Origin: Chloroflexota bacterium
GTDB taxonomy: Bacteria; Chloroflexota; Dehalococcoidia; Lucifugimonadales; UBA2985
Assembly (NCBI GenBank): GCA_043816345.1
Contig: JBDRIA010000040.1
Coordinates: 1-51,471 of the forward strand
Direction: 5' to 3'
DNA length: 51,471 nucleotides
The stretch's first letter is position 1. Each line of letters starts with the position of its first letter. A program made the position numbers and the translations under genes. Shown piece by piece: positions 27,258 to 35,539 of this stretch. Below the pieces are notes generated by a model. The model did not search any database, was not told the DNA's origin, and was given only the letters and a program-made list of their open reading frames with translations.

Positions 27258-28556
27258 TTGTCACAAGACCCGGTGGATACTCACCGTTACTATATCTGGA
27301 CCATCGGCTGCCAGATGAACAAGGCCGACTCGGAACGGCTGTCCAGCGCCCTGGAGGGCTTGGGGTTGGAGGAGACAGCCGCGCCCAGGGAGGCAGATGT
27401 CATCGTCCTCAATAGCTGCGTAGTGCGCCAGAGCGCCGAGGACAAGGTCATTGGGATGATAACCTCCCTCAAGCCCTTGAAGCAAAGGGACCCGAAGCGG
27501 ATTGTCGCCCTCATGGGGTGTATGGTGGGACCCAAGACCGACGAGCTTCACCGGCGCTTCCCCTACGTAGATGTGTTCATGCGCCCCCAGCAATACAAGC
27601 CTCTGATAGACCTCCTGGGAGGGCGTCTGGGTACAGAGGTAGACGGCTGCCTGGAGAACTTGGCACCCATCAAGCCCCACGTTACCACCTACGTCCCCAT
27701 CATCCACGGCTGCGACGAGTTCTGCTCCTTCTGCATTGTGCCCTACCGCCGGGGCAGGCAGCGCAGTCGCCCCATCGAGGAGATCGTGAGAGAGGTGGAG
27801 CTCCTGGTACAGCGGGGCGTCAGGGAGGTTACCCTCCTGGGGCAGACCGTGGACGCCTACGGGTATGACCTGCCGGACAAGTCTGACCTGGCTGACCTTC
27901 TAACTGAAATCCACGATGTGGATGGCCTCCGGCGCATACGCTTCCTCACCTCTCATCCCAGATACATGAACGACCACATTATCGGGGCGATGGCCGAGCT
28001 GCCAAAGGTGTGCGAGCACGTCAACCTGCCTTTCCAGGCAGGCGACGATGAGGTCTTGCAGAACATGCGACGGGGCTACACCGCCGATGCCTACAGCCGC
28101 CTGGTGAACAGGATACGCTCTACCGTCCCCGGGGTCGCCATGAGCACCGACGTTATTATTGGTTTCCCGGGAGAGACGGAGGAGCAGTTCCAGGCCACCC
28201 TGGGCCTCATCCAGGACACCCGGTTCGATAAGGTGCACGTAGCGGCATACTCCCCCAGGCCGGAAACCATCGCCTCCCGCAGCATGGAGGACGCTGTTCC
28301 CGCCGAAGAGAAGAAGGCCCGCGTCCAGGCCGTCGAGGAGCTTCAGGAGAGCATTGCCACCGACATCAATGCCCGTCTGCTGGGGCAGGTGGTCGATGTG
28401 CTTGTGGAAGATAACCATCGGGGGCAGTGGCAGGGGCGCACCCGCACCAACAAGCTGGTGTTCTTTCCCCATGAAGCCGACCTCCTGGGGGAGCTAGTCG
28501 GCGTGCGGATTGAGAAGACCAGCCCCTGGGCCCTTCAGGGTGTTTTGGTCAACTGA
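27258..28556 (+). CDS. miaB: tRNA-2-methylthio-N6-isopentenyladenosine synthase
   Basis: TIGCQMNKADSE, radical-SAM CDEFCSFC, RFLTSHP and a C-terminal TRAM domain. Confidence 0.95.
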   Translation: MSQDPVDTHRYYIWTIGCQMNKADSERLSSALEGLGLEETAAPREADVIVLNSCVVRQSAEDKVIGMITSLKPLKQRDPKRIVALMGCMVGPKTDELHRRFPYVDVFMRPQQYKPLIDLLGGRLGTEVDGCLENLAPIKPHVTTYVPIIHGCDEFCSFCIVPYRRGRQRSRPIEEIVREVELLVQRGVREVTLLGQTVDAYGYDLPDKSDLADLLTEIHDVDGLRRIRFLTSHPRYMNDHIIGAMAELPKVCEHVNLPFQAGDDEVLQNMRRGYTADAYSRLVNRIRSTVPGVAMSTDVIIGFPGETEEQFQATLGLIQDTRFDKVHVAAYSPRPETIASRSMEDAVPAEEKKARVQAVEELQESIATDINARLLGQVVDVLVEDNHRGQWQGRTRTNKLVFFPHEADLLGELVGVRIEKTSPWALQGVLVN

Positions 28557-28566
28557 CCCGTATTGA

Positions 28567-28940
28567 GAGCTTGTCCCATAGACTCCCTTTCCGCTGGGTA
28601 GGTAAAGCAGTAAGCTCTGGGGAATCCAGGTGTAAAGGTGGGTTCCATGGCATACAACCTCCTGGTCTCGGGCGGCGGGCGGACCGGCTGAAGCGGCTCT
28701 GGAAGCCAAGGGTGGTAGAGCCAATTCCTACCGGGGAGGCCAAGGCGAATACTACCGACCCCGAGAGTCGCATCATGAAGACGCTGCAGGGGTATGTACA
28801 AGGGTACAACGTACAGGCAGTGGTGAGCCTACGGCGGTCCACCTACCGGTACCAGAGCGTGGCAGATGAGCAGGCGGCATTGCGTATGCGAATTCGGGAA
28901 ATGGCGACAGCCCGAGTGAGCTATGGATACCACCGCATCT
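28567..28940 (+). mobile_element. Mosaic IS remnants: IS1182-like end and fragment joined to an IS3-family fragment
   Basis: GAGCTTGTCCCATA end; ANTTDPESRIMKT..GYVQGYNVQAVV (IS1182-like); then RSTYRYQS..DEQAALRMRIREMA..RVSYGY.RI (IS3 OrfB-like). Confidence 0.7.
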
Positions 28941-28987
28941 CAAGGGGATCGTTTGCCTATTCCGTGCAAAGAGTGATACGCTCAATT

Positions 28988-29013
28988 GGAACCTTTCCCT
29001 TTGTGATAACGTT
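28988..29013 (+). promoter_or_regulatory. ECF-sigma-type promoter for the lipoprotein gene
   Basis: GGAAC-N17-CGTT. Confidence 0.55.
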
Positions 29014-29084
29014 TAGGGCAGTGAGGACTGTGTGATATGTGGTGGGGTCAAGCATCCATAAGCGGAAATCATCCAGGGACGGGA

Positions 29085-30143
29085 ATGCTGGGGCGATTCC
29101 TACTCACAATAACCATTGTCATGGCTGCAGTGCTGGCCGCAAGCTGCCAGCTAGCCAATTCCTCACTCAACGAAAACGAAACGCCAACGCCTGCCTCCTA
29201 CTTCGACGGCACTATCACCCTGGAACTGATAGCACCCTCAGAGGTGAGCCAGGGGGAAGTGCTCATGGGGCTGGATGTGGTCATGACCAATGAAGGTCAA
29301 GAGCCGTTTGCGTTCTGTTTCGGATCTGATCTTCGCTTGTTTAATATCATCGACGGTGAAGGCAAAGAGGTTTGGCATTCTGTTGCCAGTGGCGAGGGGT
29401 GGCTTGCCTTCTACACATTAGAACCTGGTGAATCCAGGGTGCTCAGCAGCCTCAGCAATAACCTTGCCCCGCAGCAATGGGATTTGCGGGACCCTGAAGG
29501 CTTCCCCTCAGGGCCCGGAAAGTACCAAGTCAAAGGCATGGTCACCCTATGTTTTGAAAGCCCCGAACCAGGCCTTGCCCATCAGAGACTGGAAACCTCT
29601 GTCCACACATTGACCATCAAAGAGGCACCGATGCCGGAGTACGCCCAAGGAATCGAGTTGGCATTGACCGCACCCGCAGAAGCGCGTGCAGGAGACCCTG
29701 TTCCCATGGATATGCACATCACCAACAAAGGGAACGGACCTGTGGTCTTGTGGTGGGGTGACGAAGCCCTCTACTTGCCCGATAAATACCTCGATATAGT
29801 CATATTTGAAGAAGACAAGCCCATATGGCGTGCGACCTCGGCCCAGGGTGTTCCTAGTTGGTTAGGGATAATCACATTGAATCCAGGCGAATCGCAGACC
29901 ATGAGCAACATGTCATTCGATGCCAGGAAAGACGCCTATTGGAGCTCTGGAAAGCCCTTGGTGTGGAACCAGGTGGCCAACTGTGACGCTGGCTTCGAGC
30001 CTTGTGACGAGCCCGTCGGGCCTGGCACGTACACGATCCGCGGCGTTGTGAACGTCTCGCCACCGGAAGCACTGGGGCAGGAAGGCCCGCTGGAGCGCAC
30101 GACAATTGCCACCGAACCCCACCAATTAGTAATAACCCCGTGA
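29085..30143 (+). CDS. Lipoprotein with two tandem BsuPI-like (intracellular proteinase inhibitor-type) Ig-fold domains
   Basis: Lipobox VLAASC. Two internal repeats of L.L.AP.E...G......TN.G..P....I.....(V/I)W....TL.PGES....W......GPG.Y...G.V. Confidence 0.7.
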   Translation: MLGRFLLTITIVMAAVLAASCQLANSSLNENETPTPASYFDGTITLELIAPSEVSQGEVLMGLDVVMTNEGQEPFAFCFGSDLRLFNIIDGEGKEVWHSVASGEGWLAFYTLEPGESRVLSSLSNNLAPQQWDLRDPEGFPSGPGKYQVKGMVTLCFESPEPGLAHQRLETSVHTLTIKEAPMPEYAQGIELALTAPAEARAGDPVPMDMHITNKGNGPVVLWWGDEALYLPDKYLDIVIFEEDKPIWRATSAQGVPSWLGIITLNPGESQTMSNMSFDARKDAYWSSGKPLVWNQVANCDAGFEPCDEPVGPGTYTIRGVVNVSPPEALGQEGPLERTTIATEPHQLVITP

Positions 30144-30488
30144 TGCGCAAGCGGCATCAACACTCGGGATGGACGTACAGAGCTTGCTTCCATCGATGAC
30201 CCTGCGATAGTGAAAGAGATGGTAGATATGGTGCTGACAGCACCCGTAGACCAGGACCGCCAAAGCCAAGACGACGAGCAATACATTATTATCCTCTACC
30301 TGGAGGATGGTACGGCAGTGAGGCGCGGGTTCCGGGTAGAATCTGGTGAGCTGTCCATGGGGATCATGACGCGAGCGTTCTTCAATGTCCCCATCTTGCG
30401 GCTCCACGCCCCAATTGCCCCTCTCGCAGACGTTCGTCTACGGCCTCTCGGCAACCGAAACCGTAGGTCCAAGGCTTTCGCCGCTTAG
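30144..30488 (+). pseudogene. Probable fragment of a hypothetical protein, in frame behind the lipoprotein stop codon
   Basis: Open frame from 30144 (..GINTRDGRTELASIDDPAIVKEMVDMVLTAPVDQ...YLEDGTAVRRGF..) with no good start; its tail overlaps the TEP 3' end. Confidence 0.4.
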
Positions 30489-33400
30489 TTCCGGCTTGTA
30501 GTAGGAATATGCCTGCGATGCCACGCCCTGAGCCTTCACCGGATATAGAGCACGAGCCTTGAACTGGAAGGACAGCGACTCACCCGGCGACATGTCCTCA
30601 ATGTAGAAGATGACCTTCCGCCCGGCCACGTCATATCGCTTGATCTTGGGCTGCGCATTGGCCACCGCCTCCAGGGTGTCACCCTCCGGTACGAAGCCGG
30701 TAGGCACCGCTATATCCAGCACTACCATTCCTGCTTCCACCCGCTCGGGTGGTTGGAAAGTCACACGAACCGAGAGCGTCACCATGTCATTGACTGAGAC
30801 CTGCGTGGTATCGTAGCTCACGCTGATGTCGAAGGCGGGCTTCAGAGTGGACTCTACGTCCGGCAGGTTGAAGCGGCGAACGAACTGGGTCACCACCTCG
30901 CCCTTCCCGTCCACCACCACCTCCAACTCCTGGCCAGCCGGCACTTCGATCACCTGCACTACATCGAAGTTCTTGGGAGAAACGCTGACCTCTTTATGCC
31001 AGTCGCCAGCCTTCAGCGTGACCTTCGCGTCCACGTCGGCCTGGGCTGCGCTGGCGTACTGGGTGAGCGCCTGCAGCGCCACGACCGTGTCCTGGGTCGA
31101 ACCGAAACCGCCCAAGGCGTTCCGGTTGGAAACCAGCCACTTGGCTGCGCGGGAAGCGTTGGGTTTGTCACCGTGCTCAAGGAGCGCCAGCGTGGCGTAG
31201 CCTGTGGTCTCAATAGCTGCGCTCTGGTTCTGCGGCGGGTAGATGCCTGGCTGGGGCGGTGCCATCTTCCTGGACGCGTCCGACTCCAGAATCCTCGGCT
31301 CATCTCCCCAGTGCAGGCCACTTTCGTCCTCGCTCGCCAGGGCCATGAGCTTCTCGTAGGCGTCGTCACGCCGAGGGCTTTTCGCAAGCTCCAGGGCGTA
31401 GGCCGTCAGCGCCAGGCCGTAGGCATCCTCAGTTGTGTCCAGCGTGCCCTCCAGGTACTGGACGGCGCGCTGGAACGCTGCCGTCTCGCCTGCCTCCTTG
31501 AGGGCCACGGCCACATAGGCAGTGAGGGCGGTCTTGCCCTGCAACCCACCCAGCAACTCCTGGTGGTGGACGAAGCCCACCGTCTCAAAGGAACCGTCGG
31601 CGCTCTGGTGGGTCGCTATCCACGTCGCGGCCTCCCGCAGCACATCGTCGTCCACGTATATCAGGCCCCTGGCCTGAGCAAAGGTCTTCAGGACAAAGGC
31701 AGTAAGCCAGAGGCTGCCTTCCTTGTCCTGGTCACCAAAGGCGGAAAAGCTGCCATCGGAGCGCCTGTAGGTTAGCTCGCGCTGGTAGCCGGTCACCATC
31801 ATCTTCTCGGCCTTGGCCATTATCTCGGGCTTCACCTGGCCGGTAGCTGCCAGGTACTTCAGAATGAAGGTGTTGGGAGCGAAAAGGATCATGTTCTGCT
31901 CTCCGCAACCGAAGGGCATTCGGAGCAGTCCCTCCAGGCCCTGGATGGTCTGGCTCAAGTAGCTCCCTGTGAGAGCGACGTACACGCGCCCGGATCCCTC
32001 CACGATGCCAGGAGGGAGCGTGATGTCGACCTTGCGGGTGGAGCCAGCGGTAAGGACCAGGTTTTCAACCAGCTCACGCTGCACACCCTCGGGCTCGACG
32101 ATGAGATCCCTGATGACTGCGTCGGCCGCCTCGCGGCTCCTGGCGGTTACCTTCAACTGCCGGACACCCAGCCCCGTCAGCCGTATGAGGAACTCCACGC
32201 CACCGATGTCATTCCCGGACACCGTGACCGTCTTTGAGGGATCGTCCAGCAGATCGAACCATAGCGCTGGCTCCAGGTCAACGCGTATTTCCTGCTCATC
32301 CTCCAGGTAGTTGTAGAGCGACACTTTGACAGGGAACTCTTCACCGCGGACGGCGGAATACGGCAAGTCCGCACTGAGGAAGAAGGGTTGGAAGACCCTG
32401 ATTTGGTCCTCTGCGATGCCAAGGCCCTTTGTCCTGGACATGCCCACCGCTCGCAACATCCAGGTGGTGATGCTGTCTGGGGCCTGGAAGCTGAGCGATG
32501 TCTTTCCGTCTGCATCGGTGGTCACGTCTGTCCATATCCAGGTCTCGGGGAAGAATTGGCGAACGCGCTTCACCTCTGCCAGGTCGCCAGCATCGGCTGG
32601 TGGTGCGGCTGCCCCAGGCTGAGGCATGCCGCCTTTGTCCCCGCCCGATTCTTCAAGGAACCAGATACGTTGATCCAACTCCAGCTTCTCGCCCTGCGGT
32701 ACTTGCTTGTTGGTTATTACGAGCAAGCCAGTCTCCCCGATGACCTCTGCCGCCCCCTTGGTGAAAATCGGCTCGTACACGGTCGCCTCATGTAGCTCCA
32801 CCTGTGGTGACATGTACAGCCGCTCCAATTCATCGAACACCTGCTGGAGGTTAAGGCGATTCTCGGCCAGGATGAACACAGAGCGATCCACAGCTACTAA
32901 TCCAACCCTGGCCTGACCCTCCGACTGCACGTTGACCGTAACGTTGTCCCCTGGAGCGACCTGCTCGGCGCCGAACTCCGCACTCAGCTTATGAGGGTAG
33001 TCGCCCTCTGCGGAGAAGGGGATGTAGTCGGCGGCCACCTCACTATTGGGCAGTACCTGGTATACCAGTAGCCGCGCTGAGGGCGCCATGAGCGGCGTGA
33101 TGGTGAACGAGAACTCGCTGGAGGAGGAGTGGCCGCTGAAGACAGCTTTGCCTCGTGCCAAAACCTCATAGTAGAAGTTGACGGACTGTGAGGTGGAGTG
33201 GACGCGGAACCGCGCTTGGTCGCCCACCTTCCAGGGCCCTGGCACCGCCTGCTCCACGTGGATAAAGTTGCCCGAGGGCGAGTGCCCCGCAGAGAGGCTG
33301 AAGCTAGCTTGTGCCGGCGGCGTCTGAGATGACACCTGCAGCACGAAGGCCTCGGCCCGAAGGGATATGGCGTCACCGGGCGGCGTGACAGTGAAAAGTG

Positions 33401-34604
33401 CCTTCCCCTTCTCCACTCGCAACTGTTGTTGGTCGGAGCGGATCTCCTTGAACTGCTTGTCCCAGTACATGACACGCACGTCAGCCATCAGGTCCAGGGG
33501 TTTGTTGTCGGGGGTCTCCGCCACCAGCAGCAGGTTGAGTGGCAGGCCCGGCTTGAAAGATGAGGACTCCGGGATGATTTGCAGCGTCTCCGCAGCCGCG
33601 GAGATGGTGAGCAGGCGGGAGGTCTTCTCCTCGTAACCCGTGGCGCGCTCGCGCACCGTCACTTCGAGTTGTACGTTGCCCATGCCGCGGGCACCCGGCA
33701 CGCCGGCCACATAACCGACGGCTGGGATCTCGAAGGTCGCCGAGCCATCCAATTCCTTGGTGACAGTAGCGAACGTCTCCCAAGTACCAACGTATTTAGA
33801 AGCGACTACCTCCACCTCCCCAGATACCGGCTTACCAAAGGTGTACTCGGCAGAGACCTGTCCCTTCATCGGCTCGTTGACTAGGAACCACTCCTTGGGA
33901 AGCTCGACCTTCACCTCGTACTTGGGCAGTACGTATTCCTCTACGCGGACGTCGACTTGCGTCGATCCCTTGCCGCTCCTGGCCGTCACCTTCCAAACGC
34001 CCAGGTTGGGTTCGACGGAAAGGGGAAGGTCCAGTGTGGCCATGCCGTACTCATCGGTCTCTGCCTCACTGCGAAGGATTTTCAACCCCTTGGCATCCTG
34101 GACCTCCACGGTCACAAGACGGGATAGTGGCTTCAGCTCGGCGTCCAGAGCGAGCACACGGATGTGGACTGTCTGGCCTGGCTTGTAGATGGGCTTGTCC
34201 GTATCCACGAATACCAGGCTGCCATCCTCCACCTTGACCGTAGCCGTGTCCCTGAAAGTTGATCCCTTCACCTCCAGGGTGTATTCGCCTTCGGCCAGAT
34301 CAGGCACGCCAATGGCGATGGAGCCGGAACCGGCGATCTTGCCCGAAGACCGCGATACCTCCTTACCATCCTTGTCCACGAGTGTCAAGGTGACTGTGTC
34401 CGTGGCAGGCTGCTGCCCGCTGAATAGTGAGAAGGACACGGACTCCATCTGGCCCTGGCGGAACACCTTTGGCGCTAGCGCCACGTACCCATCCACGGAT
34501 GGGCTGGGGGCTACTTCGCGGTTGAGTGTAGGCACAACAACCAGCGTGACGAAGATCAACGCAGACAGGCCAGCTATCAATAGAAGACGCATGGCTACCT
34601 CCAT
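30438..34604 (-). CDS. Thioester-containing protein of the alpha-2-macroglobulin/CD109/complement family
   Basis: N-terminal hydrophobic segment; MG domains (TDKPIYKPGQ, EEYVLPKYEV); RQFFPETWIW, PDSITTW, thioester MPFGCGEQNM, YQRELTY..DGSFSAFG and GGFGSTQDTVVALQAL. Confidence 0.95.
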   Translation of the reverse strand: MEVAMRLLLIAGLSALIFVTLVVVPTLNREVAPSPSVDGYVALAPKVFRQGQMESVSFSLFSGQQPATDTVTLTLVDKDGKEVSRSSGKIAGSGSIAIGVPDLAEGEYTLEVKGSTFRDTATVKVEDGSLVFVDTDKPIYKPGQTVHIRVLALDAELKPLSRLVTVEVQDAKGLKILRSEAETDEYGMATLDLPLSVEPNLGVWKVTARSGKGSTQVDVRVEEYVLPKYEVKVELPKEWFLVNEPMKGQVSAEYTFGKPVSGEVEVVASKYVGTWETFATVTKELDGSATFEIPAVGYVAGVPGARGMGNVQLEVTVRERATGYEEKTSRLLTISAAAETLQIIPESSSFKPGLPLNLLLVAETPDNKPLDLMADVRVMYWDKQFKEIRSDQQQLRVEKGKALFTVTPPGDAISLRAEAFVLQVSSQTPPAQASFSLSAGHSPSGNFIHVEQAVPGPWKVGDQARFRVHSTSQSVNFYYEVLARGKAVFSGHSSSSEFSFTITPLMAPSARLLVYQVLPNSEVAADYIPFSAEGDYPHKLSAEFGAEQVAPGDNVTVNVQSEGQARVGLVAVDRSVFILAENRLNLQQVFDELERLYMSPQVELHEATVYEPIFTKGAAEVIGETGLLVITNKQVPQGEKLELDQRIWFLEESGGDKGGMPQPGAAAPPADAGDLAEVKRVRQFFPETWIWTDVTTDADGKTSLSFQAPDSITTWMLRAVGMSRTKGLGIAEDQIRVFQPFFLSADLPYSAVRGEEFPVKVSLYNYLEDEQEIRVDLEPALWFDLLDDPSKTVTVSGNDIGGVEFLIRLTGLGVRQLKVTARSREAADAVIRDLIVEPEGVQRELVENLVLTAGSTRKVDITLPPGIVEGSGRVYVALTGSYLSQTIQGLEGLLRMPFGCGEQNMILFAPNTFILKYLAATGQVKPEIMAKAEKMMVTGYQRELTYRRSDGSFSAFGDQDKEGSLWLTAFVLKTFAQARGLIYVDDDVLREAATWIATHQSADGSFETVGFVHHQELLGGLQGKTALTAYVAVALKEAGETAAFQRAVQYLEGTLDTTEDAYGLALTAYALELAKSPRRDDAYEKLMALASEDESGLHWGDEPRILESDASRKMAPPQPGIYPPQNQSAAIETTGYATLALLEHGDKPNASRAAKWLVSNRNALGGFGSTQDTVVALQALTQYASAAQADVDAKVTLKAGDWHKEVSVSPKNFDVVQVIEVPAGQELEVVVDGKGEVVTQFVRRFNLPDVESTLKPAFDISVSYDTTQVSVNDMVTLSVRVTFQPPERVEAGMVVLDIAVPTGFVPEGDTLEAVANAQPKIKRYDVAGRKVIFYIEDMSPGESLSFQFKARALYPVKAQGVASQAYSYYKPELSGESLGPTVSVAERP

Positions 34605-34622
34605 AAGAACCTGATGACATCA

Positions 34623-34649
34623 AGACGTATCATTCGCAGAAAAAGTTCC
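34623..34649 (-). promoter_or_regulatory. ECF-sigma-type promoter for the thioester protein
   Basis: Minus strand GGAAC-N17-CGTCT, shortly upstream of the GGAGG RBS. Confidence 0.6.
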
Positions 34650-34738
34650 AAAGTGCAAGAGGAACAGGGTCCCTAGTTCCAGTGTCACCAAGGTGAGGAC
34701 CTTTGGACGGTATCGAGATGTCCACCAGCTCATGGGGA

Positions 34739-34841
34739 TGGCCAGGGGAGCTAGTGCGTACCGGCGGAGAAGGGCGTCATAACCAACCGCTCATGGTTCG
34801 ACAAGCTCACCATGAGCCGCTCACCCTAAGCCTGTCGAAGG
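34739..34841. repeat. Composite REP-like element, copy 2
   Basis: Shares both arms with 9799-9941; the central CATGGTTCGACAAGCTCACCATG hairpin is inverted relative to copy 1. Confidence 0.75.
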
Positions 34842-34864
34842 GAATGAGAGGGGTTGTGGCAGCC

Positions 34865-35539
34865 CTATGCGTCCGGGGAGGCCAGGCGCTCTTTCAGCCC
34901 CCGGATCGCGGCCTCTATCCCATCGGGGTGATCAAAGACCGCGGCACCTGCCACCACCACCTGTGCTCCTGCCCTGGCCACCAGGGAAGCGGTGTCGGTG
35001 TTTATGCCTCCATCCACCTCAAGCTCCGCCTGGAGTCCCTTTTCGTCCATGATGTGACGGATGCGGGCTATCTTCTGGGGGCTTTCGGGAATGAACTTCT
35101 GCGCGGGAAGTCCCGGATTCACCGTCATCACCAGCACCAGGTCCGTCCACTGAAGGGCCTCATCAATGGCCGTCACCGGGGTGCCCGGGTTGATGGCTAC
35201 CCCGGCTCTAGCCCCGTGCTCTTTTATCTGGGCGATTATCCAGTGCAGGTGGGTGCACGCCTCCGCGTGGACGGTGAGGATGTCCGCGCCTGCGTCCAGG
35301 AAGGAGGCGATATGGCGCTCCGGTTGCTGGATCATCAGGTGGACATCCAGGGGCAGGTGTGTCCACCCCTTGATGGCCTCCACGGTTCGGGGGCCCCATG
35401 TGATGCTGGGCACAAAGTGGCCGTCCATGATGTCCACGTGGATGTAGTCGGCGCCGGCCAGGGTGGCCTCCGCAACCTGCTCGCCCAGGCGCGCGAAGTC
35501 CGCCGACAGGATGGACGGGGCAATTTTGATGATGCTCAT
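34865..35539 (-). CDS. rpe: Ribulose-phosphate 3-epimerase
   Basis: IAPSILSADF, HVDIMDGHFVP, DVHLM, VMTVNPG and EVDGGIN. Confidence 0.96.
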   Translation of the reverse strand: MSIIKIAPSILSADFARLGEQVAEATLAGADYIHVDIMDGHFVPSITWGPRTVEAIKGWTHLPLDVHLMIQQPERHIASFLDAGADILTVHAEACTHLHWIIAQIKEHGARAGVAINPGTPVTAIDEALQWTDLVLVMTVNPGLPAQKFIPESPQKIARIRHIMDEKGLQAELEVDGGINTDTASLVARAGAQVVVAGAAVFDHPDGIEAAIRGLKERLASPDA

